From the IMG/VR virus record IMGVR_UViG_3300032270_001390, positions 1 to 46,405 of that record: 46,405 nucleotides of DNA; one strand, given 5' to 3'. Each line of letters begins with the position of its first letter. Position 1 is the first letter of the stretch. Source of the DNA: a virus. Taxonomy: Duplodnaviria; Caudoviricetes. The notes beneath the pieces are model-generated. The model had not been told where the DNA came from. It saw nothing but the letters and a program-made list of their open reading frames with translations, and searched no databases. The position numbers were made by a program, and so were the translations under genes. Positions 28,100-37,726 of this stretch are shown here, piece after piece.

Positions 28100-30820
28100 T
28101 TAAAAGAATGTTAGTTGTCTCCAGAATACAGAATCTGAATGTCTTGCTATATATAGATATTTTAAATTATCTTCTGTTCTTACCATCCACATTCTTCGAC
28201 CTTGACGAGTTGTAGACATACCTGCAGGTATTTGGCCTGCGTTATGGGTTACATCTAAATCAACATCTAAATAATATAGACGAGCGTTGGCGTTAGTTTG
28301 GATATATAATCTACTTTCTCCATCGTAAGCATACATTGTACCTGTTGTTAGTACCTCACCTATTTGTACACCTAATAAAGATGCTCTTGGGAATTCAAGT
28401 TGCATAGTATTAATGTTATATTTAGTATATCTTGTAGTAGAGTTACCTTCAAATAAGTAAATATATTTTCCTCTATTAGCAGCAGAACCTGATGGTCCGT
28501 ATCCATAAATCCATTTTAGTTCTCCTCCTGTTGTTCTTAGAGCATTAGGTATAATACTATAAACACTTGTTGAATCAAAAGCAGTTGTTAATGCTACAGT
28601 AAGAGTATTACTAGTATTAGCAGTAATAATATATTCATTACCTACGTTTGTTCCAGCTGAAATTCTTAAACGAGCACCCGCCCAAAAGTTAGAAGGCCAG
28701 TTTTTATTACTATCAGTTAACACAGTAGTAGTACCAGAAGTACATACACCATGTCCCCAAGTTGAAGCCATACTTGATGTAGTAAAAATATTAGCAGTAG
28801 CTGTAGCATTTGCACTTATAGACATTGATATAAACTGAGGAGCTGTAGGTGCTATATCAAATGATCTATAAAATGTACCTGCAGGGATACCTGATCCTGT
28901 AATTGGGGCTCCTAATGGTAAAGCTAAAACACTCGCTGATAAACTAGCTGTTACATATACAAATGGTGCTCCATTGACTGTACTTCCAGATACAAAATAA
29001 GTACTACCAGTATAAGGAGCTGGGTCTAATCCATAACTCGCCTGGAATGAGGCAGATGAAATAATATTATATCCCCAAATTGCTCCTGCTATTGTAGCAG
29101 GAAGGACTGAGTTTAATGTTAATGATTGGGATGTATTACTAGCTATTAAGCGATAATAAGTAGTAGGACTTTGAGCTGTGTTATTCCATATTTGTAGTAC
29201 TTTACCAACATGCTCATTTGTTATCCAGTTTTTAGACACATCAAAAATTGGAGAAGTAGTATGAGAGTTTAATGTAGCATTAGCTGAAGGTGTACTGCTC
29301 ATACCATAAGTAAATTGGGTAGGGCCTGTGCCTGCTGTTAATGCAGTAGATAAAGGGTATGAACTTGTTACTACAAAAAATCCATTATAAAAAGATGCAT
29401 CAGCTCCTAAAGCCCCAGATACAAAGATTCTATCTCCATCTTTAAAAGAATGGTTAGCAATTGTTGTTACAGTTGCTACTGCTCCAGTTCTAGTAATAGT
29501 AGAAATTGGAAATTTCATTTCAGTACTAGAAGAATATTGAGCATATGCTATATTAGTAGTACCCCAATCAAATACTTGAGAAGGAGACCACGAATTACTT
29601 TCATCTGAGTATTGGGCTAATGTAGCATTAGCTGCCCCCATCATATAATACTTATCATCATCAGGTACTATGTCATATAAATTACTAGCACTTAATGGAA
29701 AATCCCAGTCATGACCTATAGTGATAGTATTATTAGTATTTCTAATAATAGTATGTTCTTGACCATTAGTTAAATTTCTAACTTTATAATTATTAAATTG
29801 GTCTGGGGTCCAAGTTTTAGTGCTATCAGTAAATGAACGAGATGAAGCAGATGTTATAGATCCTGTGTCATATGCTGCTACAATTGTACTATCAATCCCT
29901 TCAATATATAATTCAGAAGCAGCAGTATATGAAGGTATAACTCCAGTTTGACTATGGGCTGAGAACCATTGGCCTCTAAGTGGTTCCCACCAATAATGGG
30001 TAAAGAATGAACCAGCTGTTGTATTAGTAATATAATGTAATGTTCCACATTTAACCACACATTCACTTGTAATATCTAAAGTAGTAGTTAAGGGTAAATC
30101 TAAAGTTATAACACTAGATTCAATGACTGCTCTTGAACCATAAGAAGTGCTAGGTGTTAAGAAAGAAGAATCCCAACCATGATTATAAGCATTATGAGTA
30201 TCTATAGCATGCCAGTTAGCATCTGCAAAGTATAAGGTATCATTATTATTATAAAGAATAGTTCTTACAAAATATTGCTGTGAGGTACCTAAATAAACTC
30301 TAATTTGATAATTTCTCCATTGATTTATTCTCCATTTTTTAGATGAATCGGTTACATAACCAAGACCAGTTCCGCTATTTGCAAAGCTAGTTATTGTGAG
30401 ATAGTCAAAAGTTGTTGGGTCAGACACAGCTGTTATGGTTCGTTCTTGTCCTGCTCCTAATCCATTTATAACTTTTATTTTATATCCTTTAACTGTTTCA
30501 CCAGCTAAAAATGCTCCAGTAATAGTGGAACCACTTCCACTTATGGCGTAAGTATGATAACCATCATCTACTTTCCAAGTACCAGTACATGTACTAGTTA
30601 CACCAACAGGTACACCTGCATTTAGATAAGACCATGAGTCTGAGTATGTATCATATCTAAAAAAGTCAGTGTTGTTAATAGCATATATATATTGGTTACC
30701 ACTACCTGTTAATGGAGGTAAAATAAATGTATTGGTTGCAGCTGTGGTGAATGGAAGATATCTCATCCATTCCCATATTGGTTGGTCTACTATTTTTCTA
30801 AGTCTGTTTACTAATGCCAT
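28100..30820 (-). CDS. Large virion appendage / receptor-binding protein (propeller-like blades with inserted repeat domains)
   Basis: Blade-like YIYA..NT.FFRYD...DSW segments; repeated xDxxKxWxxNx(W/F/H) modules; H.F.xGD.I.VSGA module. Confidence 0.6.
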   Translation of the reverse strand: MALVNRLRKIVDQPIWEWMRYLPFTTAATNTFILPPLTGSGNQYIYAINNTDFFRYDTYSDSWSYLNAGVPVGVTSTCTGTWKVDDGYHTYAISGSGSTITGAFLAGETVKGYKIKVINGLGAGQERTITAVSDPTTFDYLTITSFANSGTGLGYVTDSSKKWRINQWRNYQIRVYLGTSQQYFVRTILYNNNDTLYFADANWHAIDTHNAYNHGWDSSFLTPSTSYGSRAVIESSVITLDLPLTTTLDITSECVVKCGTLHYITNTTAGSFFTHYWWEPLRGQWFSAHSQTGVIPSYTAASELYIEGIDSTIVAAYDTGSITSASSRSFTDSTKTWTPDQFNNYKVRNLTNGQEHTIIRNTNNTITIGHDWDFPLSASNLYDIVPDDDKYYMMGAANATLAQYSDESNSWSPSQVFDWGTTNIAYAQYSSSTEMKFPISTITRTGAVATVTTIANHSFKDGDRIFVSGALGADASFYNGFFVVTSSYPLSTALTAGTGPTQFTYGMSSTPSANATLNSHTTSPIFDVSKNWITNEHVGKVLQIWNNTAQSPTTYYRLIASNTSQSLTLNSVLPATIAGAIWGYNIISSASFQASYGLDPAPYTGSTYFVSGSTVNGAPFVYVTASLSASVLALPLGAPITGSGIPAGTFYRSFDIAPTAPQFISMSISANATATANIFTTSSMASTWGHGVCTSGTTTVLTDSNKNWPSNFWAGARLRISAGTNVGNEYIITANTSNTLTVALTTAFDSTSVYSIIPNALRTTGGELKWIYGYGPSGSAANRGKYIYLFEGNSTTRYTKYNINTMQLEFPRASLLGVQIGEVLTTGTMYAYDGESRLYIQTNANARLYYLDVDLDVTHNAGQIPAGMSTTRQGRRMWMVRTEDNLKYLYIARHSDSVFWRQLTFF

Positions 30821-30821
30821 A

Positions 30822-31334
30822 TTAACTGAATGTTAAATTATTTCTTAATGCTATATATGCTTGTCTTGATCCTAATACGAAGTAATGTTCTGCTGGGGTG
30901 ATTGTGGAGTTAGCTCCACCCAAATATGTTAAATTATGGTTAACAATAGTTTGAGGAACAGTTACAACTTCTATCCTTTGTAAGCCTGTAGAGTTTTGGT
31001 TAGCAGAAGGTTCTAATAATTTAGTTATACGTCTCATTAACTCTGTTTGTTCACCAACTAATTGTAATGTTTCATCAGAGGCAGGTATAAGAATATTATC
31101 AATGAATATTTGTAATCTTCCTTCACTTGACATTGAAGTTGTATCATAATTCAATGTTAATACATTATTTTCAATGCTACCTCCAGCATTAGGATCTGCA
31201 AAATTATAAATAATCTGGTTAGTGGTTACATTTGTAATAATCAACAGTTGTTCTAATGTTATAACATCTGTTGTGTTAAATGTAACAGTTTTAGCAGCAG
31301 CATTAAAACTATAATTTTCAAATAGTATTTTCAT
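30822..31334 (-). CDS. Tail-fibre-associated protein
   Basis: YSFNAAAKTVTF...LLIITNVTTNQIIYNFADP...TL.YDTTSM, an N-terminal module I recognise from phage fibre genes. Confidence 0.6.
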   Translation of the reverse strand: MKILFENYSFNAAAKTVTFNTTDVITLEQLLIITNVTTNQIIYNFADPNAGGSIENNVLTLNYDTTSMSSEGRLQIFIDNILIPASDETLQLVGEQTELMRRITKLLEPSANQNSTGLQRIEVVTVPQTIVNHNLTYLGGANSTITPAEHYFVLGSRQAYIALRNNLTFS

Positions 31335-31476
31335 TGGATATTAATCTATATTGTTCCCCAGATGTACTTTTGTTTTGCAATTCAATCATAACTCGCTCAG
31401 ATTGATATTGATCGTAGCAACTAAAGACTGTAGTCCATATTCTTTCTTGTAATAATTGTACTTCGTATGTTGTCAT
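31318..31476 (-). CDS. 52-aa hypothetical protein (absent from ORF track)
   Basis: MTTYEVQLLQERIWTTVFSCYDQYQSERVMIELQNKSTSGEQYRLISNENTI*. Fills the gap, overlaps the next start, preceded by ATATTTAT. Confidence 0.55.
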   Translation of the reverse strand: MTTYEVQLLQERIWTTVFSCYDQYQSERVMIELQNKSTSGEQYRLISNENTI

Positions 31477-31479
31477 GGT

Positions 31480-31488
31480 AATAAATAT
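31480..31488 (-). promoter_or_regulatory. Putative late promoter ATATTTATT (52-aa gene / fibre unit)
   Basis: 3 nt upstream of ATG at 31476. Confidence 0.55.
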
Positions 31489-31495
31489 ATAAAAA

Positions 31496-32368
31496 TTATC
31501 CTAATGCTATTGCATAAGCAATTGATAATGCTTGTAAATTAACTCCATTTTGGATTATACTTCCTGATACAGATAATGAGCCTGATATTTGTACTTCATT
31601 TCCTGCGGCATATATTAAATTACTTCTATTGCTATTGTCAGTTCCATTACCTACAATAAAAGCTGCAGGTACAGATGATGTAGCGTTCCATTGACCCTGT
31701 GCATGTTGATGGTCAGCTAATGCTATTGTTTGATAACCCTCTGCATGTGAATACGATCCTGATGCTATTGTTTCTTGGCCTTCAGCGTGTGAGTAGTCTC
31801 CTTTTGCTTGTGTATAATCTCCTTCAGCATGTGAGTAGTTTCCTATTGCTTTAGTAATACTTCCTTCGGCATGTGAGTTTTCTCCTGTTGCTATATTACC
31901 TTCTAATCCTTGAATAAGAGAACCCGTTATAGTTTGATTGCCATTAAAATTATTTGAACCCGTAGTTGCAAATGAGCCTGTTTGAGTATTTATTATAAAA
32001 CTACTTGTAGCACTATTTAAAACGTAGTTTGGAGCTAAGGAGGCAGTAGATGCATATGATGATGATAAAACATTTAAAGACCCAGTATTAGCGGTTGTTA
32101 AAATATTATTACCATTTATAATGGCTGAACCACTGATGTTAACACTTCCACTAAAAATAGTTAGGCCGATATTTGTAAATGTGTTTGAGCCAGATACTAT
32201 TACAGAACCTGTTACTATTAAACTTCCACTTACAGTTTGATTACCAATAAATGCATTTGATCCAGTAGTTGCAAATGACCCTGTATCAATACTACCAGAA
32301 CCTGCTGGTCCTTGTGGGCCTGGGGGACCTTGAGGTCCAGTTGCGTTTACGACTATGACCCTTGCCAT
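31496..32368 (-). CDS. Fibre protein with collagen triplets and YadA-like (SHAEG) head repeats
   Basis: GPQGPPGPQGP; GSFATTGSNxFxGNQTxxGSL twice; four 14-aa SHAEG repeats plus QHAQG; AFIVGNGT...RSN. Confidence 0.8.
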   Translation of the reverse strand: MARVIVVNATGPQGPPGPQGPAGSGSIDTGSFATTGSNAFIGNQTVSGSLIVTGSVIVSGSNTFTNIGLTIFSGSVNISGSAIINGNNILTTANTGSLNVLSSSYASTASLAPNYVLNSATSSFIINTQTGSFATTGSNNFNGNQTITGSLIQGLEGNIATGENSHAEGSITKAIGNYSHAEGDYTQAKGDYSHAEGQETIASGSYSHAEGYQTIALADHQHAQGQWNATSSVPAAFIVGNGTDNSNRSNLIYAAGNEVQISGSLSVSGSIIQNGVNLQALSIAYAIALG

Positions 32369-32372
32369 TATA

Positions 32373-32759
32373 TTATCGGGTTACTTCTTTGCTTAAACTA
32401 ACTTGTCCTTCTAATAATCGAGTTACTGTAGTACCTGATGTTATTTCTAAATCGTATCGTGCTGATGCGAATGTAAAAGCAGAAGCTGAAGCTGCTGATA
32501 TAAAAATTCCTATTGATCCTGAAGTGGGTGGGGTTGTACCATTACTTCCACTAAAATTTAATCCTGTTCCATCGGCTGCTAATGAGCTAGATAATATAGC
32601 ATATGTGATAGGATTATTATCAGCATAATTAGATCTAATCATCATTTTACCACTATATCCTGTTAAATCAATAGGAGTATTATTAGAATCTTTATATTGG
32701 ATTTCAAAATTTAATGTTGATCCTTGTTCTATTGTAAATGAGTATTTTCCAGCAGCCAT
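32373..32759 (-). CDS. Small Ig/BppU-like virion protein
   Basis: IEQGST, PIDLTGY, YDLEI, RLLEG.V....EVTR pattern. Confidence 0.7.
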   Translation of the reverse strand: MAAGKYSFTIEQGSTLNFEIQYKDSNNTPIDLTGYSGKMMIRSNYADNNPITYAILSSSLAADGTGLNFSGSNGTTPPTSGSIGIFISAASASAFTFASARYDLEITSGTTVTRLLEGQVSLSKEVTR

Positions 32760-32773
32760 GAATTAGATTTTGT

Positions 32774-32782
32774 TATAAATAT
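32774..32782 (-). promoter_or_regulatory. Putative late promoter ATATTTATA (BppU-like unit)
   Basis: 14 nt upstream of ATG at 32759. Confidence 0.7.
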
Positions 32783-32790
32783 TAACAAAT

Positions 32791-33051
32791 CTAACCTAGA
32801 TTATTATAAATAGAAAATGCAGTTGTGTGGTCTTGAAGCATTAATAATATAAAGTAATCTAATTTAGAATCATCTAAATAAAAATCTCTAATCATTTGGT
32901 CAAATTCATCAACTCTAGTTTCTATAAATACTATTTTTTGAGATAAATCAGATGGATTATTAAATAAAGTAATACGTACTTTAGCATCCATAGTATCAAG
33001 TAGTTCTAAAATGTAATTTGTACCTAGTTGTGTAAATTTATTTTGTATCAT
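32791..33051 (-). CDS. Small hypothetical protein downstream of fibre gene
   Basis: Start MIQNKF lies 4 nt after the upstream stop; 86 aa. Confidence 0.6.
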   Translation of the reverse strand: MIQNKFTQLGTNYILELLDTMDAKVRITLFNNPSDLSQKIVFIETRVDEFDQMIRDFYLDDSKLDYFILLMLQDHTTAFSIYNNLG

Positions 33052-33055
33052 GTTT

Positions 33056-34816
33056 TTATGATGGATATATTCCGAAACTATATTGGTTAACTTGAGGTCC
33101 ATTCGCTACACTAGTACTAACTTGTAATGATATTTCAGCGCCTAGTGCAACTGATGCACTGTTAATTGTATTAGAATATAAACCAGCTGCTTGTCCTCCA
33201 GATATGTTTATTTGAATATTTGTAGCTACACCATTAACTCTAACAATAAATGTAGTAAAACTAGTAGCAACAGCGGCACCATTAGTTCTTATATAAATAT
33301 TTTTTAGTAACCCGGCAAATGGAGATGCTATTTGGCGTTGTGTTTCAGTACCAGATACAGTTGTAGTTCCAAATGGTAAATATGTTACTACAGGATTTGT
33401 AAAACCCGTACCAGCATAGTTACCAAATATAGTAGAGCCGAGTAATGAAGTTGTTAATATATTTCCACTAGTATCTACACCTAACATTGCTACTTCAGTC
33501 CCGGGAAATGCTCCTGATCCTGTGTAAGCAGGTAATGCCATTTGTAGATTATTCATACTCCACCAAGCAGCTTCACCAACACTCCCAGCATTTGTGCCTT
33601 TTAATACTCTAAGTCTATCTTGATAGAGATCAATCATTGAAGCAGAAGTATAAGTACCACCAGGAGCACTGAATCCAAGTTGACCTCCTTCATTTACACT
33701 ATCACGTGCTCCTAAGGTTAGTGTGTTTTCGGATGGCCCTAAACTAGATGATCCTATAACTGCACTACCTGTTATTATTATATTTTGGTTTAATGTGTTA
33801 ACAAATGATGCTGTAAGTGCATTTGATGATGATAGTGCGGCAAAATTAGATATTGATGATATAGATGTGCCAAGGCTATTTCTTAATTGAATACTTCCCA
33901 CAGAAAGCTGGACTATTGTAGCTCCTAGTGTATCTGAGTATGATGCTGTGAGTGCATTTGATGAAGTTATAGCTCTTGAAGAAGATATAGCTTGAGAAGC
34001 ACTTTGAGCCCAACTTGAGGTTACTAGATAAGTACCGGGGTTGAGAAATGATGAAGTTGATGCAAATGAAGCGCTTGTTATTGATCCTAATAGTAAAGAT
34101 GCTGTTAATGCAAATGATGATGTTATTGCTCTAGAGGCAGATATAGCTTGAGAAGCACTTTCAGCCCAAGATGCTGTTCCAAATAAACTTCCTGTTAATG
34201 ACCCGGATGCTCTTAATGCTAATGAAGCTGTAAGTGTATTGATTTGGGTTAAAACTGTAGCATCGCTACTAAGTAATGCTAATCCACCAAGTGAAGAAGT
34301 TTGTAAACGTTCACCTAATTTTGTCGAATAAGAAGCAGTTAAAGCATTTGTAGCGTTATTAGCCCAAGATGCGGTCCCCTCTAAAGAAGCAGATATTCCA
34401 CCTGAAGCTGTAATTGATGAGTTTGATGGGTTTATTATAATGTTTACTCCATATAAACGTTCTTCTGTAAGTGGTGAGTTAAAGGAGTCAACTGCGGTTA
34501 AATAAAAAGGAGCATTAGTAGTAGATCGTTGATTTAGTATCACGGAAGCAGTTACAGCACTAGTTGCCCACGATGCTGTTCCAATTAAAGCACCAGTTAA
34601 TGACCCTGTAAATGAAGAAGTAACTGAGGTAGCATTTATCGAGCCTGTTATAGCAACGCTTCCAGTTACTCTTAATGAACCTGTTATTACAGCACTACCA
34701 CTATATGGAAATGGGTTACCACTACTTCCACCTGTTAAAGCATATGATGCTGTAGTAGCAAATGAAGCAGTATCAGCATTTATTAGGTTATTATTTATTT
34801 TAGTTATATTAGCCAT
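33056..34816 (-). CDS. Ser/Thr/Ala-rich fibre protein (TAS/SAS/TGS repeats)
   Basis: FPYSGSAVITGSL, GSLxGTASWA, ALTASY repeats; distinct beta-rich C-terminal domain. Confidence 0.75.
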   Translation of the reverse strand: MANITKINNNLINADTASFATTASYALTGGSSGNPFPYSGSAVITGSLRVTGSVAITGSINATSVTSSFTGSLTGALIGTASWATSAVTASVILNQRSTTNAPFYLTAVDSFNSPLTEERLYGVNIIINPSNSSITASGGISASLEGTASWANNATNALTASYSTKLGERLQTSSLGGLALLSSDATVLTQINTLTASLALRASGSLTGSLFGTASWAESASQAISASRAITSSFALTASLLLGSITSASFASTSSFLNPGTYLVTSSWAQSASQAISSSRAITSSNALTASYSDTLGATIVQLSVGSIQLRNSLGTSISSISNFAALSSSNALTASFVNTLNQNIIITGSAVIGSSSLGPSENTLTLGARDSVNEGGQLGFSAPGGTYTSASMIDLYQDRLRVLKGTNAGSVGEAAWWSMNNLQMALPAYTGSGAFPGTEVAMLGVDTSGNILTTSLLGSTIFGNYAGTGFTNPVVTYLPFGTTTVSGTETQRQIASPFAGLLKNIYIRTNGAAVATSFTTFIVRVNGVATNIQINISGGQAAGLYSNTINSASVALGAEISLQVSTSVANGPQVNQYSFGIYPS

Positions 34817-34824
34817 AAATTATC

Positions 34825-37014
34825 TTATTGTTCAAACCAATCATTACTTGGTCTAAATTTCATTGCCCACAAATTAGCACTTGGTGTACTTTGATAATAA
34901 ATATGACCTACTACTCTTACAAATCCTGTTGTTGGTTGTGTGGTTGTCATCTCTCCAAAAATATCAGACATATATACAGGTCGCCCATAGCTGGCTGAAA
35001 CAACATATGCTCCTTGGCTATTATCATCACTTACTCCTATATCACCTTCTAATAGCACATATCCTGAGCCTGTGTCTACGCATATACCCTGCATTTGTGT
35101 AGCTCTAGTTACGTTATTATTTCTTGTTTGGTACCAAGTACCATTTGTGTCTAAAAATACTAAATTGTAATTTTGCACAGATGTATGTATAGATGCTTGA
35201 ATTATTTGACCTGTATATGTTGGGGTATCTACTAGTTGTTTTTGAACTTGAGCTGAGATTATATTGCGGTAGTAGAGTTGGCTATTTATGTATGTGTCGT
35301 TAGAATAATTAAGAGCTTCAAATACATTACCAGGTTCGTAAAGTACTCTATTTGTCCAATCTATACTAGCGCCTACATCGTCATATAAAAATTTGTTTTC
35401 CCAATCAACAACATTAATTCCAGTTGTAGTGTTAAGATAACCATTAATCCAATCTACCTTTGAGATAGAACCTGGGTTAGATAATATTCCATTAAGTGTA
35501 TCTATTCCTCCTGTAGATCCCGATACTACTAATGAGCCTGTGATTTTAGCTGCTCCTATAAATGGGAAAGCTGATCCACCTCCTGGGGCCCAGGAAGCAG
35601 ATGTAGCCCAACTAGATGTGCCTAATAAACTCCCAGTAAATGATCCTGTGAATGAAGATCCGGTTATAGTAGAGGAGGAAACACTAGTGATAAATAATTT
35701 ATTTGTAGATGGGTTAAAGTTAATTATAGATGAGTCTGAGTATAGGAATGCATTTCCAAGTGCTGTGCTAGCAAAAGGTATAGGGTAGAAAGTATTAGTA
35801 GAAATATTAGGATCAATACCTATTGTAATAGAGTAATCAGCAATAGATGCTTGGGAAGATGAAATTGCTCTAGAAGATGATAATGAATAAGAAGCAGATA
35901 TTACATTAGCAGCCCAACTTGCAGTACCAAATAAACTTCCTGTTATAACTGTAGGAGATCCTGCAGTGCCTATAATACCTACAGTTAATGTGTCTACAAT
36001 AGGATTATAAGTGAAATTATTAAGTTCAGCATATGCAATTTGAGATCCAGTAGAAGTAACAAATAAAATTTCATATGCTCCTGGGGTTGAGCTTAAATCT
36101 GTTACTTCTATTCTTTGAGCTAAACCTGCTGTTACAGCATATGAAGCTGATGTAGCATTGGTTATACTTCCTGAAAAATAAGATGCAGTAGATGCAAAAG
36201 ATGCACTTATAACATTATTAGCCCAACTTGATGTTGCTACAAAGGATGCAGTAGAAGCAAATGATGCACTAACAGCATTTAATATATAAGAAGCAGTTAT
36301 GGCTTGAGATGCACTTACTGCCCAACTAGCAGTACCAAATAAACTTCCAGTAAACGATCCTGTAAATGAGGACCCAGTTATAGTAGAGGAAGATATATTA
36401 GGGACAAATAGTTTGTTAGTAGATGGGTTAAAATTAAATATTGAATCACGATTTACATCAACTGCTAGTCCAGCGACATTAGCAATTAAAACTTCAAAAA
36501 AAGCATTAGTAGTAGTGTCAGAAGTAACATTTATCTTATTAGCGGTAGTAGCAGTATCTGCTCTTGAAGATGAAATTGCTCTAGAAGATGTTGTATTTAA
36601 AAGATTATTTATAGGGACAAAACTTAAACTAGAAGAATATGTAAAAAGTTCTGAGTTAGTATCAGTTTCTCTTACAAATATTACGGGAAATGAGTCAGTA
36701 AGGTATGTTGTTTGTTTTACTGAAGAAGATAAGGCAACAGATGCTGTGTTAGCAAAGGTAGCATTACTAATACTTCCTGAGAAGAAAGATGCTGTAAGAG
36801 CATATGAAGCCGATATAGCATTACTTATACTTCCTGAGAAAAAAGATGCTGTAAGAGCATATGAGGCAGTAGCAACATATGAAGCAGTATCAGCATATGA
36901 AGCAGATATAGCATTGCTAATACTTCCTGAGAAATATGAGGCTGTAAGGGCTAAAGATGCTGTGTTTGCTTTTAGAGCAACTAATGCTATATTAGATGTA
37001 GTAGTAATTCCCAT
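34825..37014 (-). CDS. Ser/Thr/Ala-rich fibre protein (SASYA repeats), paralogous to its neighbour
   Basis: ASYALTASFFSGSISNA tandem repeats; duplicated FNPSTNKLF..SSSTITGSSFTGSFTGSL; VDW repeats; C-terminal RVVG...F.PSNDW. Confidence 0.75.
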   Translation of the reverse strand: MGITTTSNIALVALKANTASLALTASYFSGSISNAISASYADTASYVATASYALTASFFSGSISNAISASYALTASFFSGSISNATFANTASVALSSSVKQTTYLTDSFPVIFVRETDTNSELFTYSSSLSFVPINNLLNTTSSRAISSSRADTATTANKINVTSDTTTNAFFEVLIANVAGLAVDVNRDSIFNFNPSTNKLFVPNISSSTITGSSFTGSFTGSLFGTASWAVSASQAITASYILNAVSASFASTASFVATSSWANNVISASFASTASYFSGSITNATSASYAVTAGLAQRIEVTDLSSTPGAYEILFVTSTGSQIAYAELNNFTYNPIVDTLTVGIIGTAGSPTVITGSLFGTASWAANVISASYSLSSSRAISSSQASIADYSITIGIDPNISTNTFYPIPFASTALGNAFLYSDSSIINFNPSTNKLFITSVSSSTITGSSFTGSFTGSLLGTSSWATSASWAPGGGSAFPFIGAAKITGSLVVSGSTGGIDTLNGILSNPGSISKVDWINGYLNTTTGINVVDWENKFLYDDVGASIDWTNRVLYEPGNVFEALNYSNDTYINSQLYYRNIISAQVQKQLVDTPTYTGQIIQASIHTSVQNYNLVFLDTNGTWYQTRNNNVTRATQMQGICVDTGSGYVLLEGDIGVSDDNSQGAYVVSASYGRPVYMSDIFGEMTTTQPTTGFVRVVGHIYYQSTPSANLWAMKFRPSNDWFEQ
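36761..36950. repeat. 57-bp-period coding tandem repeat
   Basis: gcatt(a/g)ct(a/t)atacttcctgagaa...gctgtaag occurs three times (about 36761, 36818, 36911). Confidence 0.8.
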
Positions 37015-37030
37015 TAGATTGATTATCTGT

Positions 37031-37039
37031 TATAAATAT
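37031..37039 (-). promoter_or_regulatory. Putative late promoter ATATTTATA (fibre unit)
   Basis: 16 nt upstream of ATG at 37014, abutting the phoH stop. Confidence 0.7.
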
Positions 37040-37725
37040 CAATCTCTATATTCTTGGTAAAGTTTAAGGATTGGTTCTACTATTTCGTGACGATGATTAG
37101 TTTTTAATGTTACTACTTTTACTCCTTTAATTTCTGATTCTAGGCGAGTAAAAAAGCCAATACCGCTATCTTTCTTTTGTTTCAAATCGGTTTGAGTTAT
37201 ATCACCACAAAATACCATTTTTCCACCTTTACCTAAACGACCTAACATCATTTCAGTTTGACCATGAGTAATATTTTGACATTCATCTACTATTACAAAA
37301 CAGTTAGGGAATGTTCTTCCTCGCATAAATGCAAAAGGTACAATTTCAATTTGATTTTCAGCAACCATTTTATCTACTTTATCTTTATCATAAAGTAAAT
37401 GTAAATTAGCATATATTGGAGCTAACCATGGATCCATTTTTTCTTTTAAATCACCTGGTAGAAATCCAATATCTTCTTTTGCTACTGTGGGGCGTGTGAT
37501 TACAATTTTCTCAACTTCTCTTTTAAAAACCATGTCTAATGCTATTTGACATGCAACTAATGTTTTACCAGATCCTGCCATTCCTTTTATTAAGGTGACT
37601 GGGTTTTCTAGAATTAGTTGTTTTGCTTCTTTTTGTTCACTATTAAGTTCTATTTTGAATTTAATGGGGTTTTTAGGTTTTCTTTTGTTTTGAAATACCT
37701 CATCATTGTAATCATTTGAAGCCAT
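37039..37725 (-). CDS. phoH: PhoH-family ATPase
   Basis: GMAGSGKT, TRP, GFLPGDLKEKMDPW, FMRGRTF, DECQN, RLG, GD..Q.DL, RH.IV. Confidence 0.96.
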   Translation of the reverse strand: MASNDYNDEVFQNKRKPKNPIKFKIELNSEQKEAKQLILENPVTLIKGMAGSGKTLVACQIALDMVFKREVEKIVITRPTVAKEDIGFLPGDLKEKMDPWLAPIYANLHLLYDKDKVDKMVAENQIEIVPFAFMRGRTFPNCFVIVDECQNITHGQTEMMLGRLGKGGKMVFCGDITQTDLKQKKDSGIGFFTRLESEIKGVKVVTLKTNHRHEIVEPILKLYQEYRD

Positions 37726-37726
37726 A

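Noticed and set aside
25764-37014. Diversity-generating retroelement or invertible tip cassette acting on fibre genes
   Set aside because: No reverse transcriptase or invertase in the window, no non-coding template repeat differing at adenines, no inverted gene copies seen.
36413-37060. 215-aa plus-strand ORF with its own apparent repeats
   Set aside because: Antisense mirror of the SASYA fibre repeats; its repeat period comes entirely from the minus-strand gene.
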